Source of the DNA: Octopus sinensis
Lineage: Eukaryota
DNA: 64,000 nucleotides
Assembly (NCBI RefSeq): GCF_006345805.1
Contig: NC_043014.1
Location: forward strand, 13,826,001-13,890,000
Direction: 5' to 3'
How positions within the stretch are numbered: position 1 is the stretch's first letter; each line of letters starts with the position of its first letter. The notes under the pieces are model-generated. The model saw nothing but the letters and a program-made list of their open reading frames with translations, did no database searches and was not told the origin of the DNA. The translations under genes and the position numbers were made by a program. Shown here piece after piece: positions 1 through 10,874 of the stretch.

Positions 1-610
1 GCATCCCTGTAACTTAGTGGTTTGGCAAAAGAGAATAATAGAATAAATACTTGGCTTAAAAGAGAAGCTCTGGGGTCGATTTGTTCAACTAAAACCCTTC
101 AAGGCAGTGAACCAGCAAGGCCACAGTCAAATGACTGAAACAAATGAAAAAAAAGAAGAAGAAAAAAAAAGAATCTATAAAATGGTGACTAAGTAGCAGG
201 TAATTTAGCATTGACTAGAAAGCTTTGTACTGTTTGTTCCAGCTATCTATGTTCTGAGTTCAAATTCCACGGAAGTCAACTTTGCCTTTCCTCCTCTTGA
301 GATAGGAAATAAAGTACTTGTCCAGAGCAGTGAACAAGCTGAATGGTTAGACCATCAGACAGACTTGCTTGTAGTATCTGTTCCAGCTGTTTGCATTCTG
401 ATGGTGACACCTGCAATGACGCTGGTGTGAAACTCTATGAGCCTTTGCTTTTCTCTCGGACAACATTGGTGATGTGGAGAGGGAAGGCTTGTCTGCATGA
501 GCAATTGTTGGCCTTTCTATGCTTTGGAGAGAAACTTCCCAAGTGCAAATCCATAGTCTCGTGAGACACATGGAAACCTTGGACAATGACATTTCTGAAT
601 GCATAGGAAA

Positions 611-783
611 AAGAGAACATAGATATAAACTATTATGTCTGGGGAGAGTCATTTTCTTTTTGTGCCTTATAATTTAACACACTCACAGGTAAAATTTCCA
701 CTTATTTCTTATTTTCATTTTCATAAAATTATTGTTGCGTCTTGCAACCTTTTCAAAAGGTTGCAAGACGCAATGAAAATTTG
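611..783. mobile_element. Palindromic repeat remnant with a perfect 39-bp central palindrome (735-773)
   Basis: ttgcgtcttgcaacctttt-c-aaaaggttgcaagacgcaa has 19-bp perfect arms and a 1-nt centre; imperfect pairing extends to about 722/783. Confidence 0.6.
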
Positions 784-1208
784 GTAATGGATGGGACACT
801 AAACACCCTTGTTTGAAAATATATGGATGCAGATAGTGTATCATATAGCCAGCTGGAGACGATGTTTACTGGGGTTAAATAACAGTAACAATTGTCCTAA
901 CCAGGACTACCACATTATATTGGCAAATAATCTTTACAATATGTAATTCATTTAATTTAAAAGCTATTTGCTTCATTAGTGGATTCTTCCTCATCAACCC
1001 TTTCAATCCAGAGCTCACCAATAAACTGTTTGTTTTCTAGGGTTATTTTTTTTGCCAACCACCATTATTACAACAGACTAAGGTGGCAAACTGGCAGAAT
1101 TGTTAGCATACCTTATGAATGGATTTGGTAGACAGAAACTGAAAGAAGCTAGTCATATAGTATCATCATCATCATTTAACATCCATTTTCCATGCTAGCA
1201 TGGGTCGG

Positions 1209-1247
<39 letters not shown>

Positions 1248-1279
1248 TTCATTTAAAAGCAGCAGAAATATAACAAAAG

Positions 1280-1317
1280 CTGTTACTCAGAGTTTCATGT
1301 TCCTGCTCGTCAGACAG
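1280..1317 (-). ncRNA. Minimal type I hammerhead-like motif (stem II decayed)
   Basis: Minus strand reads CTGT CTGACGA gca-ggaa-cat GAAAC tctga GT A ACAG. The core, stem I (CTGT/ACAG) and near-palindromic stem III are intact. Confidence 0.6.
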
Positions 1318-1336
1318 TTTGTTTTTTTTAATAAAA

Positions 1337-1374
1337 CTGTGTGATGAACAGGAACGTGAAACTCTGAGTAAAAG
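1337..1374 (+). ncRNA. Minimal hammerhead-like motif (C3 mutated)
   Basis: CTGT gTGATGA aca-ggaa-cgt GAAAC tctga GT A AAAG. Confidence 0.5.
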
Positions 1375-1477
1375 CTTTTGTTATATATTTCTGCTGCTTT
1401 TAAATAAAGCATATTACTCTACCTCTGGTATTTGAGTACTCTTTTTTCCACCTTGTTTCCCATTTATGTGCTTACTC

Positions 1478-1521
<44 letters not shown>

Positions 1522-2940
1522 GTGTGTGTTTACTTATTCTGACCTCATGTGATAGCTGTAATCAAATGACTCTGAAATACAAGCTGTGTCATTCATTTCC
1601 AGTAAAATGTCTGACCATGGGGAAATATTGATCTCAAATTTTGGCACAAGGCCAGAAATTTCAGGAGAGGGGGGGAAGTTGATTACATTGACCCCAGTGC
1701 TCAACTGGTACTTATTTCACAGTCCCCGAAAGAGATGAAAGGAAAAGTCAACCTCAGCGGAATTTGAACTCAGGATGTAAAGACAGACAAAATGCCACTA
1801 GGTATTTCGCTCAAGTGTGCAAATGATTTTGCCAGCTAGCCACAGTAGACCATGGGAAAATATTAGCTTACATGAAAACAGGTGAGTGTCGGTGACAGGA
1901 AGGGCATCCAGCCACAGAAAACCTGCTTTAATAAACTCCACCCAAACCTATGCAGACATGTAAAAGAGTATATTAAAATGGAGATGATACATATATACAT
2001 AATTGATTTAATTGATATTAGTACCTTCTTGTTTTTGATTTTATAAAGCCCTGATTGATAAAAGACAAAGTTGAAACAGACAGGATTTGAACCAAGTGTG
2101 ATCCTGAGTGAAACGAACTTGGGTGGCCTATTTCCTCAGCTGTTGCACTTCTTATTTACTAAAAGATATGTCTAAGGTCTGAAGGAGAACAAGAAAGAAT
2201 GTGAGGGTGTATGAAAGAGAATATATGTAAAAGAGGAGGAAGAGCACATATGGATATTAGAGAGAGAGAAAGAGAAAGAGACAGAGGGGGAGATAACATA
2301 TTTTTGTATGGGTGAAAGAGAGAACAAGAGATAATGTATGTTAGTATGTATATGAGAGAGAATGAAAGTCACTGGTGGTGGTGGTGGTGGTGGTGGGGAA
2401 GCAACAAAGAAAAGAGAGAATCCTAGTCTAAGTAGATATAAATCTTACTTCTTGGTATTAATACAGCCTCTGTTGCTAATATATATATATATTTTTAACA
2501 AGTTCACTGACTAATTGCAACACCAGTGCCTGTTCTGGCAGTTTTTCTAAATATTGCTGGCAGGGAGATGATTACACTGTTATCTCTAGTGGTCAGGTAT
2601 CCATCATTGACAAGACCAAAGAAGGTTGAAATTACATGGTCTAGTAGTCTTGGTGTTTGAGGTGGTGGGAATTTATCTCCCCACTAGCAATATAAACAAG
2701 AGTGCATTTTGCATAAATAGCCAATATGAGAGTTACTCTCATGGTATCTATTGCAGTATAGTTTGTTCTAACAGAACGTCCACATTTAAGTGGGGATCAA
2801 TAGTACCTCTTGGTAATATATATATTTCTGTATGGGTGGTGGGGTGAGAAAGAAAATATATAAATGTGTTGTGTAAGGATGTGTTAAAGAAAAGAGATAG
2901 AAGAAAATATATGACAGGTGAACAAAGAAAAAGAATATAT

Positions 2941-3118
2941 AGGCGTAGGAGTGGCTGTGTGGTAAGTAGCTTGCTTACCAACCACATGGTTCTGGGTTCA
3001 GTCCCACTGTATGGCACCTTGGGCAAGTGTCTCCTACTATAGCTTCAGGCTTACCAAAGCCTTCTGAGTGGATTTGGTAGACGGAAACTGAAAGAAGCCC
3101 ATAGTATATATGCATATG

Positions 3119-3151
<33 letters not shown>

Positions 3152-3360
3152 TTGTGTGTATGTGTTTGTTCCTCCAACGTCACTTGACAACCGATACTGG
3201 TGTGTTTACGTCCCCATAACTTAGCAGTTTGGCAAAAGAGACCAATAGAATAAGTACTAGACTTACAAAGAATAAGTCCTGGGGTCTTATTTGCTTGACT
3301 AAAGGCAGTGCTCCAACATGGCTGCAGTCAAATGACTGAAACAAGTAAAAGACTAAAGAG
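2941..3360 (+). mobile_element. SINE family A (tRNA head, CORE-like CCTTGGGCAAGT box, central microsatellite, GTAAAAGA tail)
   Basis: A-box-like GTGGCTGTGTGGTAAG, B-box-like GGTTCAGTCCC and CCTTGGGCAAGTGTC; near-identical copies occur throughout the window. Confidence 0.9.
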
Positions 3361-4544
3361 TATATGTTTGTGTGGGGGGGGGGGGGGGGGTAGCAAGAGA
3401 GAGAACGGAACAGTGGGAAACTGAGATTATTAAAATATTTACTAGTTATAATGATTTTATAATATTATTCAGATAACCAATGAAACAGGACCTTTTTTTT
3501 TCCTCTTTTGTTTAGGCATAAGCAGGTCTGTGTGATCAAGAAGCTTGCTTTGCTGCCATGTAGTTTTGATTTCAGTCCCACAGCATGGCACTTTAGTTAA
3601 GTGTCTTCTACAATAGTCCTAGGCTGACCAATGCCTATCAATGTATGTGTGAGTGTGTTTGTTCCACCAAAACCACTATCACCACTAGACAAAACTGGTG
3701 TTGGTTTGTTTATGTCCTGATACCTAAGTGGTTTCGCAAAAGATACTGATGAAATAAGTACCTAACTTTAGAAAAATATGTACTTTTGTTGATTTGTTCA
3801 AACCCTTCAAAGATGTGCCCCAGCATTGCAGCAGACTAATGACTGAAACTAGTTTTATAAATATATATATATGTATGTGTGTGTATGTGTGAGTATATAC
3901 ACACACATACATCCTTCCAACTAGGTATACTAAATCATTGATTTCACAAGCTCCTCACACTATTCTCAATGATATACATAATTAAATCAAAATAAAAGGA
4001 GAGTAAAAACAAAAATATAGTCTATGTTAATAATGATAATCTGTCACATAAAAATGGGTTGCATCACAGACCACTTAATAGGGGAGCATCAATGTAGAGG
4101 TCATTTGAAATATATAACCAAATCCCCTTTATACCAGACCCTGCTATGTTAAAATAAAAAAAGGACACATTGGATAATGTAGTTATAAATACACTATGTG
4201 AAAAAAGGAAATAGGATAGTCATGGATGGAGAGCTTTTGATCATATTTATGGTAGGTTGAATTCTCTCCAAGAAAAAAAAAAGATATTTTGTTTATGTAC
4301 CAGTATATCTTCTTCACAACAACAGTAATATTCAAGAAGGGACAGCGCACTGATATATCTTGATACTAATATCATAGTTGTTAAAGCCATATTGAAAAAT
4401 TTTGAGAATTTGGGATGAGGGACATGATTACAGGCCTTTTACAAAAGAAATAGCTGAGTTTAGTTGTTAGCTTTGTTTTTTAATGATTTTTGCCTTAAAC
4501 AAAGCTTGAGATCACACAAGTATAAGGGACTACAAAGGAGAAAA

Positions 4545-5225
4545 AGAAAGGGCCTAGAGATTCAAGATATTGATTGACAAAAAGCTTATAGGATTAAATA
4601 TCACAGACCAGCAGCACACAAGACGATGGTGGTGAGTTCCAGAGAGCAGCAGTTCAAGGAAAGAAGCTGTTAGAATAAACAGACTTATGACTAACAGGAA
4701 GCTAAACATAGGAACGATGTGCCTCAGAAGCAGGTGACATGTTTAAAAGTCTTGACGGAGAGTAGTAGACATGAAAGTTCATTAGAACAATGATCATGGA
4801 AATATTTAAAAAAGAGATACAATGAAGATACATTTTGATGATGAGCCAAAGACTTAGCAGAAAGAAGAGGGCCTACTATTTTAATGACTTGATTCTGAAT
4901 TCAGTCAAACAAGTTACGATACTCTGGGGAGCAGTATTCAATGAAAGGTTGAATAGTAGCCTTATAAAGATACAAGTTACTCTCAGGGATAAGAAATTAC
5001 ATTTTGATGATGAGCCAAAGACTTAGCAGAAAGAAGAGGGCCTACTATTTTAATGACTTGATTCTGAATCCAGTCAAACAAGTTACGATACTCTGGGGAG
5101 CAGTATTCAATGAAAGGTTGAATAGTAGCCTTATAAAGATACAAGTTACTCTCAGGGATAAGAAATTTGAGAACATGTTTAGTTCTGATCAAGCCAACCT
5201 ATGGTGAAAGGTGTTCCAGCCATTT
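4545..5225 (-). pseudogene. Decayed LINE (L2/Crack/CR1 group) RT C-terminal fragment
   Basis: Minus frame LYLYKATIQPFIEYCSP...IVGPLLSAKSLAHHQNVSSLYLFFKYFHDHCSNELS...TAALWNS resembles LINE C-termini; stops and frameshifts are present. Confidence 0.7.
4830..5167. repeat. 169-bp direct tandem duplication (2 copies)
   Basis: 4830-4998 vs 4999-5167; I see a single difference (gaattc vs gaatcc). Confidence 0.95.
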
Positions 5226-5234
5226 TTTTTCTAT

Positions 5235-5618
5235 ACTCTTTTACTTGTTTCAGTCATTTGACTGCGGTCATGCTGGAGCACCGCCTTTAGTCGAGCAAAT
5301 CGACCCCAGGACTTATTCTTTGTAAGCCTAGTACTTATTCTATCAGTCTCTTTTGCTGAACCGCTAAGTTACGGGGATGTAAACACACCAGCATCGGTTG
5401 TCAAGCGATGTTGTGGGGACAAACACAGACACACAAACATATACACACACATATATATATACATATATATGACGGGCTTCTTTCAGTTTCTGTCTACCAA
5501 ATCCACTCACAAGCCCGAGGCTATAGTAGAAGACACTTGCCCAAGGTGCCAAGCAGTAGGACTGAACCCGGAACCATGTGGTTGGTAAGCAAGCTACTTA
5601 CCACACAGCCACTCCTGC
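5235..5618 (-). mobile_element. SINE family A
   Basis: Reverse complement of the family A consensus. Confidence 0.9.
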
Positions 5619-5658
5619 ATTTCTTCAGACATAGAATATCACCTAATGCATTCTTCCT

Positions 5659-6108
5659 ATTCTAAGATGGTAAAGTATGATTTCTTAGAAGCAAGTTTCT
5701 GTTGAGTGTGTTCCAGCCAACCCCATTTTCTGCTCTTGATCTGGGTTTTGATAAGTTGCTGATTCACCTGTTCCCACAATGCCAATGCCTTGTTTGTGAG
5801 TCTGTCTAGTCATCTCATTTGAAGGATGCTCTGGAGACATTTATTCACAATGTTCAGAGCTTGTTGATAGAGAACTTTGTGATTTGCCATGCTTCACACA
5901 CATATAGAAGGACCATCTTTATGGTCATGTTAAAGCTGCTGAATTTCGTGTTTGTTAACGATGTTTGTGATCTCCAGATGGACCTGAGCACCCTGAAGGC
6001 AGCTGTAGCTTTCCCAATCCTTATTTTTATGTCCTGATCTGTTCCATCCTTCTTATTGACAATACTTCTTAGATAAGTGAAATGACTGACGTCTTCAATT
6101 TCCCTTCT
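5659..6108 (-). pseudogene. RTE LINE RT C-terminal fragment (inverted segment)
   Basis: EIEDVSHFTYLRSIVNKKDGTDQDIKIRIGKATAAFRVLRSIWRS...VLLYVCEAW matches the RTE-type motif. Confidence 0.85.
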
Positions 6109-6284
6109 GAAGGAAAATGGAAGCATGGCAGATCCAAAACATGGAGAAAATTCAAAGGAATGAAAGACTGGCAGTGGTCACACCTGGAGATAATTGCAAT
6201 CCACTACCAAATATCAAGATAGGTGGTAATCTCTTGGTGGTGCTCAATGCTCCACATAGAGTCAAAGGAATTAAGAAAAAGAAG
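6109..6284 (+). pseudogene. RTE LINE 3' terminus (sense segment)
   Basis: EGKWKHGRSKTWRK then, in another frame, GHTWR*LQ...DRW*SLGGAQCST*SQRN*, resembling the RTE GKRKRGRPKxTWRR...DRWRxLVxALCS end, followed by an A-rich tail. Confidence 0.7.
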
Positions 6285-6477
6285 GGTGTGATTGGGTGGG
6301 TAGTATGGCTGCTACTTCTAGCATGTCAAGCAGCCACATAGAGGATCTCTCACCGGCTCAGTTTGGATTGTGGCAAAGATAACCTGATTTGTCTATAACA
6401 AACTGTAGTTTATGATCATGCCAAGGGCTAAACCAGGTTGATAATAATGATAACCATGCTATTTCAATTAAATATCA

Positions 6478-6899
6478 TAGGCGCAGGAGTGGCTGTGTGG
6501 TAAGTAGCTTGCTAACCAACCACATGGTTCCAGGTTCAGTCCCACTGCGTGGCATCTTGGGCAAGTGTCTTCTGCTATAGCCTTGGGCCGACCAAAGCCT
6601 TGTGAGTGATTTTTGGTAGACGGAAACTGAAAGAAGCCTGTCGTATATATGTATATATATATATGTGTGTGTGTATATGTTTGTGTGTCTGTGTTTGTCC
6701 CTCTAGCATTACTTGAGAACCGATGCTGGTGTGTTTACGTCCCCGTAACTTAGCGGTTCGGCAAAAGAAACCGATAGAATAAGTACTGGGCTTACAAAGA
6801 ATATGTCCCGAGGTCGATTTGCTTGACTAAAGGTGGTGCTCCAGCATGGTCGCAGTCAAATGACTGAAACAAGTAAAAGAGTAAAAAAGAGTAAAAGAG
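6478..6899 (+). mobile_element. SINE family A (full length)
   Basis: Runs from TAGGCGCAGGAGTGGC to a (GTAAAAGA)n tail. Confidence 0.9.
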
Positions 6900-7525
6900 A
6901 TCCATTAATAATATATCTCTACTTCAACAAAATATATGGCTTTCTGTGCCATTTTTAGTACATACCAAAATTATTCATTTTTAGATTGTTATTTTAGAAG
7001 TTTTAAATATAGAGTTGAGGCTAAAGTTAGCCTTGGAAACAATTAAACAGGCTGTCTATTGTTCTATAAAAATAATAAATGCCCTTGTGTTTATATTTTC
7101 AGCTATAATAGAATCTTAAAATTCTTAATTAGCTCCTTTGTCAGTTTGTATGCTGTACTATGTCCCCAGCAATAATTCTTAGTTGTTGATGGATCAGTTC
7201 ATTTAAATGTAAACAGGTACAATGAGGAAGTAAAGTTAACACCTGGAAGCATCAAAAGTTGTGTATAAAATGGTGAGCATATGTGCGGTACTGAGATCAA
7301 AATTCTTCTCAGAAAAGACAACAGGGCAAAAACCCACCCAAGTATATTACTTCATTGAACTAATATAGGAAAACAAAGTTCTCAATGACACCAAAACAAA
7401 TGTAAAAAAAAAAAGAGAAATGTGGGGGATGAGAAGAATAAATTCAATCTTTCCCCAAACTGATGAGATTGATATTTGTGCTTGGCCAATAATATGTAGG
7501 TTGATGTCTGCAGGATAGACATGTA

Positions 7526-7760
7526 TCTTATTTCTTTATTGCCCACAAGGGGCTAAACACAGAGGGGACAAACAAGGACAGACAAAGGGATTAAGTCGAT
7601 TACATCGACCCCAGTATGTAACTGGTACTTAATTTATCGATCTCGAAAGGATGAAAGGCAAAGTCGACCTTGGCGGAATTGAACTCAGAACGTAACAGCA
7701 GACGAAATACCGCTAAGCATTTCGTCCGGCGTGCTAACGTTTCTGCCAGCTTGCCGCCTT
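7526..7760 (-). mobile_element. SINE family B monomer with 10-bp TSD
   Basis: TSD TAGACATGTA at 7516-7525 and 7761-7770; GGCGGCAAGCTGGCAGAAACG head; GAGTTCAA B-box-like motif. Confidence 0.9.
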
Positions 7761-7844
7761 TAGACATGTAGGTAGGAATGGGAAACCAGAAAATTGAAAG
7801 ACTTAAAAAGAATGACTGGGTGAAGTGATAATGGTAATGGCAGA

Positions 7845-7876
<32 letters not shown>

Positions 7877-7980
7877 GGGGGGAGAGAGAGAGGTAGAGGA
7901 GAGAGAGATGGTCTTGCAGGAGTGACAGCAGAAGGAAAGACAGGGGGGACAAGTGAGTCTGGGTGGAGAGTAGTCTTCAG

Positions 7981-8119
7981 CTTGGTGACACACAGAAGGA
8001 TACAGCTTAGTGACACAGAAGGATACACAGAAGCTTGGTGACACAGAAGGATAGCTTGGTGACACACAGAAGGATACTTGGTGATAAACAAAAGGATACT
8101 TGATGATACACAGAAGGAT
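7981..8119. repeat. Minisatellite, ~6 units of CTTGGTGACAC(AC)AGAAGGATA
   Basis: Read directly from the sequence. Confidence 0.85.
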
Positions 8120-8389
8120 CAGTGGTTTTTAACCAGTTTTCTTTTTTTTTTTTACCTATGGACCCCTTTGATTCCTATTTTACTCAGGTGAATCCTCATA
8201 GCCATTTAATGTTTAAAAAATCCTATAATATTTTCATGATTAAACATTATTAGGAATAGTATTTAAAAAAAAAAATTGTTAAAATATTTTGTCTTGTTGA
8301 AGTATAACTAATTTATTGCAGATAAATGTTAACAACAGAATCTTATATCGACCCCTAAGGGCCATAAGGACCCTAGTTGAGAACCACTG
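8120..8389. mobile_element. hAT-type MITE
   Basis: TIRs CAGTGGTTTTTAACC / AGTTGAGAACCACTG; no clean 8-bp TSD. Confidence 0.65.
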
Positions 8390-8590
8390 CACTAGATAGT
8401 TTCCTGTTGTATTCTCAAGACCCACAAAAGATCTCATAAATTCTGCTCTACACCGTAACAAAAACATTAGATATACAGTGCTCCCACTGTTTAGCTACAC
8501 ATGAATCCTTATGTGACTGTTTGACTTGCTAGAATTAGCAACCATATTGGAACCTGGCCATAATAATAAATTCCTTCAAATCACAACCTA

Positions 8591-8945
8591 CTTTTTTCTT
8601 CTCAATTCCTTTGATCACATGTAGAGTAAAGCACACCAACAAGAGATCTTCATATTAGTCACATTCTTTGGCGATGGACTGCAGTTGCAGTTGTCTCCCA
8701 GTGAAACTGTCCACCAGTGCTTTAGTTTCTGTGGAGTTTCTCCACATTGTTTCTCATCTGCTGTGCTTCTGTTTTCCTGGGGGTGTCTACAGAAGGGGAA
8801 ATTGAAGTTGTCAGTCATTTCACATATCGGAGAAGTATTGTCAATAAGGAAGATGGAACAGATCTGGACATAAAAATAAGGACTGGGAAAGATACAAATG
8901 CTTTAAGGATGCTCAGACTCAACTAGAGATCACAAACCACGAATT
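8591..8945. mobile_element. Second copy of the inverted RTE chimera (3' end on -, RT segment on +)
   Basis: + strand 8790-8940 CAGAAGGGGAAATTGAAGTTGTCAGTCATTTCACATATCGG... aligns with the reverse complement of ~5955-6108; 8591-8788 aligns with the reverse complement of 6109-6284. Confidence 0.8.
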
Positions 8946-8959
8946 GCTTATGGAAAATG

Positions 8960-9195
8960 TATATAATAACTAACAGGGGTCCCTTTGTGATCGCGTGTGT
9001 ACCGTTGGCGATTTTTTTCCCTCTGTCTTCCCTTCTCTGGATCTTTCCTTCTATGTTTCCGACAAAGAGCTCCACTCAAAACGTTAAACCCTCCTTCTTT
9101 CCTTCTTTTCTGAGCGTCCAATAATACTATATTTGTTCCACGTCCTCGCGTTGTTGTGTTTTTTTGTGCTTTCTTGTTTGGATTAACTTTATATA
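8960..9195 (+). mobile_element. Penelope-like terminal-repeat fragment carrying a decayed hammerhead
   Basis: Pyrimidine-rich unit flanked by TA, containing GTTT CCGACAA A GAG-ctcca-CTC AAAAC GT T AAAC at 9055-9089. Confidence 0.5.
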
Positions 9196-9603
9196 CCTCA
9201 GCTGATTGAGTTACAACAGCTAATATCCAGTTTGTGAACATAGCGTGACTCTACAGTTACAAATAGCCTATATATGACACTCACAAGAATGAAGAGAATA
9301 TCATATGTGGTTAGCATAGGTATGGCTGTGTGGTTTAGAAGCTTTCTTCCTACGGACGTGGTTTTGGGTTCAATTCTACTGTGCAGAACTTTGAGTAAGT
9401 GTCTTCTACTATAGCCTTGGGCTGACAATAGCCATGTGAGTAGATTTGATAGATGGAAACTGGAAGAAGCCTGTTGCATGTGTGTGTGTGCGCATTTATT
9501 TTTATATTCAGTTATAATAATTTTACAGTAATTTTATAGTAATTTTACATTAACCTGATGAGTTACTCTATACTTTTGTAGAGTACAAATTTGTTATTCT
9601 TAA

Positions 9604-9897
9604 ACAAGAATGTTGTTGACAGTAACTTTGAAGTTTCAGCCAGCTAAGCCATCGGGTCTGTTTCTTTCAACTTACGGGTCGGACCACGTCGCTGTATTTA
9701 CCCGGTGCATATCGCCACACACTCCCGGCGACTGACGGCATCGATCGCGCCTACGTCCACGTGTACGTGGGTGACACCGCGAGGTTCGCTTCAGCCTTAC
9801 TAGGTCGGGCACGGTAGCGCGGCGGAGCTCCTGGCGACTGGCGCAGCAACAGTTTAATTGACCAAAACTTCGAAATCATTGTCAACAACATTCTTGT
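9604..9897. mobile_element. Unclassified TIR element with a CpG-rich interior
   Basis: 18-bp perfect TIR ACAAGAATGTTGTTGACA / TGTCAACAACATTCTTGT, with imperfect extension to ~34 bp. Confidence 0.7.
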
Positions 9898-10212
9898 ATA
9901 AGGATAGTGTGTGTGTGTGTGTGTGTGTGTGTGTAACCTTGTCTAGACATCACATGATGGTTGTAAGCAGGCATTCATTTCCAGTCTTCTCTGAAAAACT
10001 ATGCCCAGCCATGAAGAAATATTACTTTTCCCGGAAACAGGTAAGGGCTGGCAACAGAAAGGGCATCAGGCAGTAGAAAAATCTGCCTCAACAAATTCTC
10101 TCTGATCCAGGCAAGCATGGAAAAGTGGACATTAAATGACGATAATGATGAAGAAGATGTTGATGAGATACAAAGAGAAAAGATTGTCTGGCTTATTTTC
10201 CAGTTCAGTTAT

Positions 10213-10244
<32 letters not shown>

Positions 10245-10874
10245 GGTGGTGGTGGTGGCGGTGGTGGAGGTGGTGGTGATGACAATGCTGATGATGATAT
10301 ATTTATAACTAATAAATTTCGTCTAGAAATCAATTCTAATTTTTCAATCGAAGATTTAGGGAAAAACAACAATTTATTCATCGATGATAGAATCAGGGCA
10401 AAAAAGAGAGAGAGAGAAAAAAAAAAAAAGAAAGCATGACTATATAAAATATTTTTATGAAAGTCTTAGAATTTAAAAAATATTGATGCTGCAAGAGTAC
10501 AGGACTTGATTTTCCTCTCCATCATTTCAGCGATATTGGTGAGGTAAAGCAAACATCAAATTTCAATAGATAACACACTTTCCCCACAGTTACTTGAAAA
10601 ACTTTAAACCTGATTAAAGCAGCGAATCGGCTCACATGTAAGCCAACAACTGTTCTCCAGAAACGGGAAATAGTCGTATACTGTTTAATGTCTATCTAAA
10701 TTCAACGATGATTACATTGTCAGAAATAGTATAGAGAAAGCAAAGCCAAATGTTTAAATCTCATTTAATTGATACTGATTCATACATAATCAATAATGTA
10801 TTCATACACGGTTTATTGAGGAGAGAGATTCAACGTATCACATCAGCAGCAACGGACGGCTATTACAAAAATAT

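Larger units (their letters stand above)
1247..1481. mobile_element. Penelope-like terminal-repeat remnant inserted in (TA)n, with a ~70-bp-arm inverted repeat
   Basis: Arms 1251-1320 and 1334-1405 are reverse complements. (TA)n flanks both sides. Each arm carries a hammerhead-like core. Confidence 0.6.

Noticed and set aside
2470-2820. Possible decayed Penelope GIY-YIG region on the minus strand
   Set aside because: Similarity is too faint to support by eye; it needs a tBLASTn or HMM search.
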